From Promethearchaeota archaeon (GTDB lineage Archaea; Asgardarchaeota; Lokiarchaeia; Sigyniarchaeales; SOKP01), in the NCBI GenBank assembly GCA_016840165.1, contig JAEOSU010000024.1, positions 1-33,080 of the forward strand: a DNA stretch of 33,080 nt, in the 5' to 3' direction. The position numbers and the translations under genes are program-made. Below the pieces are notes generated by a model. The model saw only the letters and a list, made by a program, of their open reading frames with translations, was not told where the DNA came from and did not search any database. This document shows, in pieces, positions 16,316 through 26,334 of this stretch. Position 1 is the stretch's first letter, and the number at the start of each line of letters is the position of its first letter.

Positions 16316-17944
16316 TTAGGCATTCTTTTCTAAAAATTGGACAAATTTAAGTTGTTCCTCATCGTCCATGAACTTTAGTTGCTCAATAATTTTCTCATAA
16401 TATTTAGGTTTGATATTGGGAAGTTTTCTAATTCTTTCTATTAATTTGATGGGCAATTCTTTATAGAGTTCAATTATAGCTCTAATATATTTTTCCTGTT
16501 CCTGTCTATTTAAAAACGCGAGTTCTTTTAAAAGCTCCTTTCTTTCTTTCTTAGGAATACTTAAATCCTTGATTTGAGCTCGTAAATCTTTTGAAAGGAC
16601 ATTAAAAATCTTAGAAAAGTATTCTCTTACTAATTTCTTGTCTTTTTCATTTTTCACGGGTAATAACGATTCATGAAGCTTTAATTGTACCTCTGGCTTT
16701 TTCTCCGCTTTTTCTGCTAACTCAGCAGTAGTTTCTGTGATTTCTTTAATTACTTCCACTTCCTCTTTTTCCTCTTCTTCTCTTACAGATGTTTTTTCTG
16801 TCGTTTCCTCTTCTTCTATAATTTGAGGGATTTTCTCTTGTGTTATTTCATCAACAGTGGGAATAATAGATGGTTCATCTTTAGGTTGCAGATCAATAGG
16901 TTCCTTAAATGAATCCCTTTTTGTGCTCTCAACCACTTGCTGTGCTTGAGTAGATTCAAATTTTTCAGTATCAAATGGTTTTCCTACAAATAATGACAGG
17001 AGAAGTAAACCCTTCAAAAAGATAAAAATACCTATTCCAAATATTATAGTTCCAAAAATTCCTAAAATTATTACTGATATTGCATCTCCAAATGTGAAGA
17101 TTTTTTTTCTCGCAATTTTATCCCTCTTCCTTAAATCGATAGATAAAATTGTTATTGGAATTAGGCAAAAACCGATAATAATTACTACTACAATAAGTAT
17201 ACGTAACCAATCTTCAAAACCCGCTAAAATATTAATAATATAATCAAGTCCAAATGGAATGAATTGTATGGTTGCAATATTTTCAAATATATTGAATGCA
17301 ACTAAAAGTATGATTATCAATCCTGCTTTTGCCGAAAAATAATTGATTGAATTCTTGAGTTTTAAACCAAAATGATAAACCTTGTTTTTTTCTTCTTTTG
17401 GATTGGCCATTACATAGATAATTATGAAAACTCCTTTAATTAATAGAATGACTCCCGTTCCAAAAATGATGCATCCTAAAATTCCATAGCAAAAAGCATC
17501 CAGTACAATCTCATCGTATTTCTCCTCTTTAACTTTAGGTGTGATGCGATTTATATCATAAAATGTAATAAATAAAGCAGTTATTCCGATAATTAAGGAT
17601 TTTATTAAAAAGTTTAACCATTCATACTGAATAAAAATAATTTGGAAATTAGTGCCTAACACGATTCCCGCGAAGATCAAAAGTGGAAGATAAGATATTT
17701 TGTTTAGAGCTTTAATAAGCCCTGATAATTTAGATTTGCTTTTGTCTCCCCTTTTATAAGGAATATATGGCCCTTTTTGTTCACTGGGAGCCAAAGGGGA
17801 ACTTCTTTTAAAATCAACTCCCACTAAAGAAAATGGAGTGCCACACATTTCACAATAAACTTGAATTTTATTCTCTATATATTCCGATAACTCTTCTGGG
17901 TACACATGCCCACATTCTCGACAGATATATAACTTTTTAACCAT
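16316..17944 (-). CDS. Membrane protein with an N-terminal Zn ribbon, duplicated TM module, acidic linker and helical C-terminus
   Basis: CRECG...CEMCG; GILGCIIFGTGVILLIKG and GIFGTIIFGIGIFIFLKG repeats. Confidence 0.8.
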   Translation of the reverse strand: MVKKLYICRECGHVYPEELSEYIENKIQVYCEMCGTPFSLVGVDFKRSSPLAPSEQKGPYIPYKRGDKSKSKLSGLIKALNKISYLPLLIFAGIVLGTNFQIIFIQYEWLNFLIKSLIIGITALFITFYDINRITPKVKEEKYDEIVLDAFCYGILGCIIFGTGVILLIKGVFIIIYVMANPKEEKNKVYHFGLKLKNSINYFSAKAGLIIILLVAFNIFENIATIQFIPFGLDYIINILAGFEDWLRILIVVVIIIGFCLIPITILSIDLRKRDKIARKKIFTFGDAISVIILGIFGTIIFGIGIFIFLKGLLLLSLFVGKPFDTEKFESTQAQQVVESTKRDSFKEPIDLQPKDEPSIIPTVDEITQEKIPQIIEEEETTEKTSVREEEEKEEVEVIKEITETTAELAEKAEKKPEVQLKLHESLLPVKNEKDKKLVREYFSKIFNVLSKDLRAQIKDLSIPKKERKELLKELAFLNRQEQEKYIRAIIELYKELPIKLIERIRKLPNIKPKYYEKIIEQLKFMDDEEQLKFVQFLEKNA

Positions 17945-18271
17945 CTACTTCTCACTTAATCATATTTATTATTTTATTTAAAATTTTATTTACAGATTTT
18001 AGAGAGAGCTTTTAGTTTTACAAGGAAAAGCACAAATTTATTTCTTAAATTATACCAAATCTCCCCATATACCAATATCATGCAATTTCTATATTCAAAT
18101 AATATCATTTTTCTTTCAACTCTGAAATGAGTCGGGTAATTCATAAATTGTATCCTAACATACTACAAATGGAATAATATAATTAAAAACAAAATGGAGT
18201 CCAATAATTGAGCTTTTTTTCCTAATATTCAATATTTTGTATATAATGAAAAAGCTATAGTTTTTGGTACT

Positions 18272-18799
18272 CTATTTATATGGAGCTAATAGACTGTACC
18301 AGTCAATTTTAGAAACCGTCTTATGAAGTTGATGATCATCTTCAACCAAATTATAGGTCAAGTTGCTAAATAGTCTTTCAGCGCTTTTTTTCGATTTCGA
18401 TGCCAATACAATGTTATCCCTCGTGCCATGATATGCTATAACGGGTATTTCTGCAGGCTGATATGCTTCGACTTGAAGTAGACTGGAATTCAGGAAAGGT
18501 GCTAATAAGATAAGTAGTTTCACTTTATCAGGATTCTGGAGCACAAATAACGTACCCATCAATCCCCCAAAACTTGATCCGATAATTATCCAATTACTTT
18601 TTTTAACCATAATTGATTCTAATTCGCCCATTCTCGTTTGAAATATATCTTTAAGAGATAGTTTATTGTTAAATGCAAAAAAATCTGGTGTTAAAATCTG
18701 GGGTATAATCTTACGGAACAAATTTCCCTTAAACCCATGTCCCGAACTTTCTAGTCCATGGATAAAAATAATATTGTTCACTTTAATCATCCTCCTCAT
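18272..18799 (-). CDS. Alpha/beta hydrolase (YqiA/YcfP-like esterase)
   Basis: FIHGLESS, GSSFGG nucleophile elbow, LLAP, HGTRDNIV, DDH. Exact start uncertain. Confidence 0.88.
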   Translation of the reverse strand: MRRMIKVNNIIFIHGLESSGHGFKGNLFRKIIPQILTPDFFAFNNKLSLKDIFQTRMGELESIMVKKSNWIIIGSSFGGLMGTLFVLQNPDKVKLLILLAPFLNSSLLQVEAYQPAEIPVIAYHGTRDNIVLASKSKKSAERLFSNLTYNLVEDDHQLHKTVSKIDWYSLLAPYK

Positions 18800-19841
18800 C
18801 AGATAATTGGTCTAAATCTTTACTTACTTGCTTTATCATCTTTCGGTTTCCTAAATATATTAGAAAGAACAGAATTCCAAAATAAATACTAATGATTATC
18901 ATCATAAGAAAATAATAACTTTCTGTATATAGTACTAACCGCCATGCTACTCCAAGTAAAAATCCCGTTAACAATCGTGATTCAGTACTGCTTTTCCTCA
19001 GCAATAGTCTCTGTGTTCCCCAATCACCGAGAGCAATTAGAGGAACAATAATGCAGATAATAAAGGAAATTTCTGCGTTAAATGGACGTAAGTACATCAG
19101 TTCAAATATATGAGAGACAAACACTGAAAAAATCGCACCAATTACCAGACCTGAGCATCGTGAACAAAAATAAATCTTGGTTTTTCCTAACTCTAAATAG
19201 AAGGTATGATCTTTGGCGATTAGAGGATGGTGAGTCAAAAGAATATTATATATCTCACGTTCCTCTGATGCGAGTAATTTATCATAGAGAACAAGTAGAA
19301 ATGGAGTCAAAAATACTGTGGAAATCAAACATTGGGTCAAAAACTTGAACCCATAGTTAATAAATATTGTTTCAAGATTTGCTGGATTCATATACAACAG
19401 TATTTGAACAATCGGTAATAATATAATAAAAATAAATGAGGTAATTAATAATAACAAGAAAGTATAATAAATCTTCATTCCATCACGGTATTTCGAGGGT
19501 CTATATTTATAAGATCCACAAATAAACCCATAAATTGCCACAAGAATAACCCAATCCCAATAAATATTTTCATAAAAAACCAATTGATAAATAAATTCGC
19601 CTAAGAAGCCAGCGATCAACGAGAGATAGTTTCCGGCTAATATTGAAAAGAACGTAAATAAGAGTAGACTCCCTCCAAATATGATACTATATCCCGTATT
19701 TAGGATATAAGGTGTTGAGATAGCTCCATAAAGTTCAGAGACGTAAAAATAACACATAATAATAAATGATACTTTTAATAAATCTAAAAAAACAGTTCTT
19801 AGAATGCTAAATTTTTCATTTTTAGAACTAATATTATTCAC
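18783..19841 (-). CDS. Membrane protein: ECF S-component-like N-terminal half fused to a DUF2085-like C-terminal half
   Basis: N-half AGFLGEFIYQ...WDWVILVAIYGFICG; C-half THH...HTF...FCSRCSG...DWGTQ...STESRLLTGFLLG. Confidence 0.65.
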   Translation of the reverse strand: MNNISSKNEKFSILRTVFLDLLKVSFIIMCYFYVSELYGAISTPYILNTGYSIIFGGSLLLFTFFSILAGNYLSLIAGFLGEFIYQLVFYENIYWDWVILVAIYGFICGSYKYRPSKYRDGMKIYYTFLLLLITSFIFIILLPIVQILLYMNPANLETIFINYGFKFLTQCLISTVFLTPFLLVLYDKLLASEEREIYNILLTHHPLIAKDHTFYLELGKTKIYFCSRCSGLVIGAIFSVFVSHIFELMYLRPFNAEISFIICIIVPLIALGDWGTQRLLLRKSSTESRLLTGFLLGVAWRLVLYTESYYFLMMIIISIYFGILFFLIYLGNRKMIKQVSKDLDQLSDEEDD

Positions 19842-19867
19842 AATAATCAGATTATATATTTTACAAA

Positions 19868-20536
19868 TTAATTAAAAATCAAATCAAGATCTTCTAAGAG
19901 CTTTTGTTTTGTTAACTCAAAACCTTTTCTAAGGACTGTTACGATTATGTTCCTTCCTGTTGGAACTTTCAGAATTGAATTATCCTGTTCTACGATTTCT
20001 ATTCCCGCTTCGTTGTAATCTAACTGCCTTTTGAGCGCTTTATACGCTTTCGCTTTATCATTGCTAAACGCAATACGAGATAATTGATCATAGTTATAAA
20101 CATCTTCTTTTACACTTAAAAAGATAATACTCTCCTCCACTTGAGTAATAAAGCATTTTTTTGTGATTTCTTTTAGTTTTTCATAATTATTATGCTTTTT
20201 ATCACACTGTCTATCTGTTTGATCATTTTCTAAGTATATATTGAAATTATTGTTTATCAATTTCTCATATACCTCTTTAGTAACCTTCCCATTCTTAACT
20301 ATAGCTTTTGCTGTGTCTAAAGTGATCTTGATCTGTTCTAACGTACCAACTTTTGCATCTTTATCGCTCCAGTATTTATAAAATGATTTTACAATAGGTT
20401 TAACAACAAAATTAAACATCCCTGCATCCAATTCTGAATCGATAAGAGATTTCCCAAAACCAAGTGAAAGTTCCATTTGCTCAATCATTTTCTTTTTTAA
20501 GATCTCATAATTTCTCTCAATATAATCCACCGCCAA
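19868..20536 (-). CDS. Hypothetical protein, tandem paralog of 20611..21276
   Basis: TTG start just after GGTGA; shares motifs with its neighbour along the whole length. Confidence 0.85.
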   Translation of the reverse strand: MAVDYIERNYEILKKKMIEQMELSLGFGKSLIDSELDAGMFNFVVKPIVKSFYKYWSDKDAKVGTLEQIKITLDTAKAIVKNGKVTKEVYEKLINNNFNIYLENDQTDRQCDKKHNNYEKLKEITKKCFITQVEESIIFLSVKEDVYNYDQLSRIAFSNDKAKAYKALKRQLDYNEAGIEIVEQDNSILKVPTGRNIIVTVLRKGFELTKQKLLEDLDLIFN

Positions 20537-20610
20537 ATCACCGTATTATTTAATCCATTCTTTAGGTTTTAGATTTAAAATTTGTCCTTCCATTAATATT
20601 TTCGTTATTC

Positions 20611-21276
20611 TTAATCATAAGTCTCATTAATCGATTTAATGAAGTCCTTTCTTGTTTGTTCAAATCCTTTTCTTAATGCTTTAATAATGATCCTTTTTCC
20701 TACAGGTACGGAAAGAATAGAAGGATCCTTTTCAATCAAACTAATGCTCTTATCTGTATATTCTAATTGTTTCATGAGCGTTTCTTTAGCATAATCTTTA
20801 TTCTTAAAAGCACTTCGACATAGATCGCCATAATCATTAACCTCCTCTTCCACCTGTAAAAATGCTACGACTTTTCTTACGTAATTAATAAATGTCTTCT
20901 TCGTTATTGATTCTAACTCGACATAATTTTTATGCTTCTTATCACACTGATATGTAGTTTGATCGTATTTAAGGTATATAGGAAAATTTTTATCAACTAT
21001 TCTAAGCAATCCCTCTTCTGAATTTCCATTTAGTAATAATTCTTTTCCACTTTCTAAAGTAATTTCTATCTGCTTTAATGTTCCCACTCTGGCTTCATGC
21101 TGCGTCCAATAGTCATAAAAAGCCTTTAATATAGGTTTTACTACAAAATTAAGCCATCCAGCATCTAATTCAGTATCGATTAATTCTCTTCCGAGTTTTA
21201 ATGATTCCTCCATTTGTTCAATCATCCTTTCTTGAACAAGATGATAATTACGCTCAATGTAATCCATTGCCATCAT
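20611..21276 (-). CDS. Hypothetical protein, tandem paralog of 19868..20536
   Basis: Shared DYIERNY, MIEQME, ELDAG, NFVVKPI, VGTL.QI.ITL, DQT..QCDKKH.NY, LRKGFE.T. Confidence 0.85.
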   Translation of the reverse strand: MMAMDYIERNYHLVQERMIEQMEESLKLGRELIDTELDAGWLNFVVKPILKAFYDYWTQHEARVGTLKQIEITLESGKELLLNGNSEEGLLRIVDKNFPIYLKYDQTTYQCDKKHKNYVELESITKKTFINYVRKVVAFLQVEEEVNDYGDLCRSAFKNKDYAKETLMKQLEYTDKSISLIEKDPSILSVPVGKRIIIKALRKGFEQTRKDFIKSINETYD

Positions 21277-21467
21277 GACTCAAAATAGCTTATATTAAAT
21301 AAAATCCGATAAAATTAATACTTTTACTAGATAAAACAAGGTTAAAAAGTTTTTAATAATAATAATATTTTTAAAGATTTGAGATTTTGATAAGTAAAAC
21401 CCTTGCTAATATAAAATCCTATCCTAAACTATAATAAAGATCAAAATACTATTTAGATCAATCTATC

Positions 21468-24400
21468 ATGCGCTATATCTTTAAGGTATTAATTTTAAGT
21501 TTAAATTCTGAATTTTTATCCAGTTATATTTCGCAAGCATTTTTAGAAGAGGGAGAGGATAAAGAGACTTATACGGAATGGTATAAAGAAATTAATGTTT
21601 TTGAGGATGTGTGTGATTTAGAGATTGATACCGTTTTTGATGTGATCAATACAGATTATGATGTCTTACTTCCTTCGGTTGATGGGATTGTTTACTTTTT
21701 GAATCCTCTCATTCAAGAAGAAGTTGAATTTTTCGAAATGATTTTACCAATCATTAATTCTGTTAAGCGAAATATTCCTCTAGTTATAGTGTACAATAAT
21801 GGTTTTGATCTACTTCCACTTTCTGTCAATGAATTATTAGAAAATCTCTGGATACAATATCCTGATTTAGAGGGTTATGCGAATCTCTCACCATCCCAAT
21901 TTAATCAAGCTCTCCAATGTTTATGTCTATCGATGATTTCAGGTGACACTCCACTCAATATCGAAAACGCATGGATGAGATTTCCAATTTTTATTCAACT
22001 TGCTAATATATACTTTAAAGTCGCTACTAATGAACAAAAACCAGAATATTATTATTATGCTGCACAAGCTATTAAAAAAGCAGCATTAATTGCAGAAATA
22101 TTTAATAAACACGAATATTATATTATCTGTGATAAAGCAGCACTCCTTTATTCCAAAGTGAATCTCTATCTGGAGGCATCTAAGATTTTGGAGAATGTAG
22201 ATAAACATAAATCTAAAAATTATCAGAGATTATACGTAGAAGCGATGCTTACCGAAGGTAACAAACTCTTTAACCGTCAAAAATACGAACTTGCTGCAAA
22301 AAAGTATCTCTTTGTCGCTCAGCGGTCAGCAATAGAATTAAAAGATCCACAATTAATGAATGAGACATTTAAGCTAGCAATTAATTCCTGGATTTCAGCG
22401 TGTAGAGTGGAATATGCCTTTCAAATTCTTGAAAGTTTGCCTCATGAAATGGTAATCGCTATTTTAAATGAAGTGGCAGATAAAATAACAGGTGCTGTTA
22501 AATTTCTATCCAAAGAAAAAAAGTATTTTGAAGCAAGAGATCAATTATATAAAACTATCTCTGTTTATCAAAGAGAAAATTTAAAGGATCATCTGAATAA
22601 ATTTACTCAGAGCTTAGAAGTTATACTCATAAAAATTTTTGAAATCCAAGTAGAAGATAAGGATCCATATTCTGCCAAGCAGTCTTATGATGAAATAGAG
22701 AATTTATGGGAAGCTTATGATGTGAAAAAAAGTGATTTAGATAAAACATTGGGAAAATTAACCGAGCAATTTCTCGATGTACTTAACTTTGGGATGGCAA
22801 CTATTATAACAAATAAAATAAATTCGCTCTCATTGAAGAAGAAGTTAACTAAATTAAGCTCTAAGGTAGAAGATGATTATAAAGCAGAAATAAAGCAAAA
22901 GATCCAAGCTAACATTCAGCAAGGGCTTCTAATTGTGTCTGAATATATCCGCGAAGAACAAGAAATTATTACTCAACTTAATGAGGAAGCTATTAACGAA
23001 GCCAACAATTTCATACAAGAGCATCAATACCTTAATGCTGCAAATCATATTAAATCTCATGCAAATTATCTTGCTAGCCTTGGTAAGGAAGAGGATAGAA
23101 ATCAGATTTTATCTAAGAGTTTAGATATTCATTTGGTAGGAAAGAACTTCAATGAGTTTTTTATAATTTATAATGAATTATCAGAACAGACAAAAAGAAA
23201 ATATTTAGTAAACAAACTAAATTTAATAATTGGAAAAATAAAGGAAATATCTATTGCAGAATCTTTCGAGAAAAACACTCTTATATTTGAAAAACTTTTG
23301 ACTATCTATCGTGAACAGCTACTATATGAACAATCTAAGCAAATTGGCGAAATCTATCTAAACTTCCTAGAAAACAAAGCTCACAGTATTATCAATAATG
23401 AGCGAACTAATAAAGGAATCGAAGGAACTTTTAACCTCATTCGAAAGAGTGGTGATATTAATGCGGCCTATTTAGATAATATTAAAAGAAATTTTGATGA
23501 TCTTTACAAGCAAATTTTTATTGTGTATACAGAATTAGAAGATCTCTCTGGCGCTCGGGCTTCATTAGATAAGGTTGAAAATAAAATGCTTAAAGAAGAA
23601 TTACATAAAACCTTAAGTAAATTAGATGATAAAAAGCGGGAGATTGAACTCAGGAGGGTTGATGAGACTTATCAGGAAGAGCGGCTTCGAGACTTATTTT
23701 CTTTTATGAAAAAAAAAGCACAGAGTGCATATGTTGAACGGCAAAATCTTTTAAATCAGAGAAAAGGATATAGGAGAGCCTACTTAAAGGATGCCTTAAT
23801 GATGATTAATAATAATGATCTTAGTTCTGCAATTAAAGAGTATGAATCTAGTATTGATAACTTAATAAGAATAAAACAATATGACTTAGCTAGTGTTTCT
23901 TTGGCGATGATAAGCCTTATTTTACTCAACGAAAATCGGGGAAGTGAAATTAACCAATATCTACGCAATTTTAAATCAAAGTTTTCGAGTTTTAGTACTT
24001 TAATTTCCGAAATTTTCGCTTTTTCACTGGTAGAATATTTAGTAAATATAATCCCGTTTGAAGATGTTATATTATTAAATGAGACAGTTAATTTAATGGA
24101 GAGTCTACCCTTATTTGAAGAGGAAATGCAATTTTTATATAGCTATTTAGGAAAAACATTCAAAAAAGAGAAGTCGATGGATACTATTATAAAAAAAAGC
24201 TTGGAACTTGATAAGATAAAGGTTGAACTTGAGCAGTATGCTTCTAAAATAATTAAAGAAAAGAAAGATATCGCTCGAAGAAAGCTTATGAAAAATCAAT
24301 ATTGGAGATTATCATTGGAAGACCTCTCTCTTGGAAAATTGGAAAACGCTTATTTAGATTACTTTGAAACAATACCAAAACTTATTGAGAAGTTCGAAAA

Positions 24401-25229
24401 AGAAGCAGCGGTTAGCTTAATAATTGGCACTGCGATTCTAATGAATTATCAAAATTCTTTAGTTGGGAAGAAAAAATTCTTTGAAATGTTGACTAGATTA
24501 GAACGATTTAAATCTAATATTGAAAAATTACCTGAAATACTTTTGATGAAAGAACTTTTCTTCCTTTTGGATAATGACTTGAATGAACTTTTTAAGTTTG
24601 GACTGGATTTACTCATTGAAAATTTAGTCTTATTTGAGTCCGAAATTGAGATATTGAATAAATTAAAACCAAAAAAAACTGAAAGTATTGATGAGGATAA
24701 GGAAATACTCACTCGAGAAGATCTTGGCAAAATTAGCAAACTTCAGATCCAACTGGATCAAGACCTTGCCATACTAAAACAGATGCGGGGCGATGTATAT
24801 CGGGAACGAGAGGACTTTTTAAACAAACGAACGCCCATGAGAAAACGCTATTACAATAAGATAATTGAATTACTTAATGACGATAAATTTAGAGAGGCGG
24901 GAGATGAGTATTTTGAATTAGCAAAAAATATGGTACGGAGACAAGATTTGCAAACCGCTTCCCTAATGATGCTATTGCATGGATTAAGTTTTTTAAAAGC
25001 AAATCAATCTCTTCAAATTATCCGTTCAAATATTGAATTTTTTTTAGATTCGCTTGGGCTTAATAAAAGATTAATTGAGGAGACCTTTTATATTCGGTGT
25101 ATAAAATTTATTATATTCGTAAAATCAAATAAAATAGATAAATACTTAATACAAATCCAGGATCTTTTGGATGTATTACCCATTTTCGAAGAAGAAAAAG
25201 CACTAATTAATATCATAAATAAAGTTTAA
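21468..25229 (+). CDS. Large alpha-solenoid (TPR/SNAP-like) protein with a degenerate small-GTPase-like N-terminal domain
   Basis: 1253 aa. N-terminal YIFKVLIL...DGIVYFLNP...NIPLVIV; helical repeats; three C-terminal units of about 175 aa. Confidence 0.75.
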   Translation: MRYIFKVLILSLNSEFLSSYISQAFLEEGEDKETYTEWYKEINVFEDVCDLEIDTVFDVINTDYDVLLPSVDGIVYFLNPLIQEEVEFFEMILPIINSVKRNIPLVIVYNNGFDLLPLSVNELLENLWIQYPDLEGYANLSPSQFNQALQCLCLSMISGDTPLNIENAWMRFPIFIQLANIYFKVATNEQKPEYYYYAAQAIKKAALIAEIFNKHEYYIICDKAALLYSKVNLYLEASKILENVDKHKSKNYQRLYVEAMLTEGNKLFNRQKYELAAKKYLFVAQRSAIELKDPQLMNETFKLAINSWISACRVEYAFQILESLPHEMVIAILNEVADKITGAVKFLSKEKKYFEARDQLYKTISVYQRENLKDHLNKFTQSLEVILIKIFEIQVEDKDPYSAKQSYDEIENLWEAYDVKKSDLDKTLGKLTEQFLDVLNFGMATIITNKINSLSLKKKLTKLSSKVEDDYKAEIKQKIQANIQQGLLIVSEYIREEQEIITQLNEEAINEANNFIQEHQYLNAANHIKSHANYLASLGKEEDRNQILSKSLDIHLVGKNFNEFFIIYNELSEQTKRKYLVNKLNLIIGKIKEISIAESFEKNTLIFEKLLTIYREQLLYEQSKQIGEIYLNFLENKAHSIINNERTNKGIEGTFNLIRKSGDINAAYLDNIKRNFDDLYKQIFIVYTELEDLSGARASLDKVENKMLKEELHKTLSKLDDKKREIELRRVDETYQEERLRDLFSFMKKKAQSAYVERQNLLNQRKGYRRAYLKDALMMINNNDLSSAIKEYESSIDNLIRIKQYDLASVSLAMISLILLNENRGSEINQYLRNFKSKFSSFSTLISEIFAFSLVEYLVNIIPFEDVILLNETVNLMESLPLFEEEMQFLYSYLGKTFKKEKSMDTIIKKSLELDKIKVELEQYASKIIKEKKDIARRKLMKNQYWRLSLEDLSLGKLENAYLDYFETIPKLIEKFEKEAAVSLIIGTAILMNYQNSLVGKKKFFEMLTRLERFKSNIEKLPEILLMKELFFLLDNDLNELFKFGLDLLIENLVLFESEIEILNKLKPKKTESIDEDKEILTREDLGKISKLQIQLDQDLAILKQMRGDVYREREDFLNKRTPMRKRYYNKIIELLNDDKFREAGDEYFELAKNMVRRQDLQTASLMMLLHGLSFLKANQSLQIIRSNIEFFLDSLGLNKRLIEETFYIRCIKFIIFVKSNKIDKYLIQIQDLLDVLPIFEEEKALINIINKV

Positions 25230-26140
25230 TTAGTATCCGCATATTTCATCAGGTCTTTTACCCGCATTCTAAGCGTAACCTCGGTCACACGGGCGAGCTT
25301 GCTGATTTCTTTCTGTGTTTTATTTTCATTACATATTTTTGAACCGATATAGATAGCAGCTGCCGCAATTCCTTTAGGATCCTTACCTGCTGAATTAAAA
25401 CCATGCTCTTTAGCACTTTCTATTAATTTTACAGCAATATTTCGACATTGCATAGACAATTTTAGCTCATCATTAAATTTATCCACATATCTATCAGGAG
25501 TAAAATGCTGTACCTTTAAATTTAAATTTGGTAATACTTCCATTAAAATTAGACGATAACTCTTAATTACTTTTTTTTTTGGAATTTGGGCGACTTTTGT
25601 AATTTCTTCAACAGTTCGGGGAATTCCATGCACTCTGAGTGCACAAAATATTGATGCGGACAATAAAGTGTCGATACTTCTCCCCATGGTTAACTTTTTC
25701 TTTACTGTTTGGGTATAGATACGAAGTGCATCTTCGGCTACCGTATCTGGTATACCAAGCCTTTTCTGCAATCGTTGCAAATTCGGTAATGCAATCCATA
25801 GATTTCGCTCATAACTGGTTGTTAATGAACGATGGATCTTTGCCAATCGGTTAAATTTAGATTTATATTTTGGGCTAAGTAACGTACCCCGTGCATCACG
25901 ACTCCCTCGAATAATGGTTCTCGGACCAATAGGACTATATACACGCTCATTACTTTTCCGTTTTTGAATTTCTTCTTGCGTAAAAGCTCTTCGTGGAGAA
26001 TCATCAAGAATTCTACTATACACCGATCCACAATTTAAACATACATAAAACCCATCTTCCTCTGAAATTTTAGGAGAGTCACAACAAGAATCCTCCTTGT
26101 TTTCCTCAAAAAATCCATTTTCTTCAAAATGTGACGGCAT
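25226..26140 (-). CDS. tfb: Transcription initiation factor IIB (TFB)
   Basis: Zn ribbon CCD...VCLNCG, ERNL..AL, GRS....ASIF.A.R...PRT..EI, GKDPKGIAAAAIY, TQKEIS..A.VTEVTLR.R. Confidence 0.95.
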   Translation of the reverse strand: MPSHFEENGFFEENKEDSCCDSPKISEEDGFYVCLNCGSVYSRILDDSPRRAFTQEEIQKRKSNERVYSPIGPRTIIRGSRDARGTLLSPKYKSKFNRLAKIHRSLTTSYERNLWIALPNLQRLQKRLGIPDTVAEDALRIYTQTVKKKLTMGRSIDTLLSASIFCALRVHGIPRTVEEITKVAQIPKKKVIKSYRLILMEVLPNLNLKVQHFTPDRYVDKFNDELKLSMQCRNIAVKLIESAKEHGFNSAGKDPKGIAAAAIYIGSKICNENKTQKEISKLARVTEVTLRMRVKDLMKYADTN

Positions 26141-26334
26141 AAAATATTATAAATCTAAATTCTTATATTGGAGTATAATAGTTAAAATAAAATACATATT
26201 TAAATTTTAATGTAAACTGGAATCTCTAGAGAAAATTTATATCTTTAAGTATTTAACTATTATCTTAAAAAAGAAAAAAAAATTAGAAAAAATAGAATAA
26301 ATCCAAAATATATCGTTAACTTGCTGAGATCGTT

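Noticed and set aside
17945-18271. Intergenic gap of about 330 nt as a possible ncRNA or gene remnant
   Set aside because: Only short stop-interrupted frames; no convincing stem-loop, tRNA fold or repeat array.
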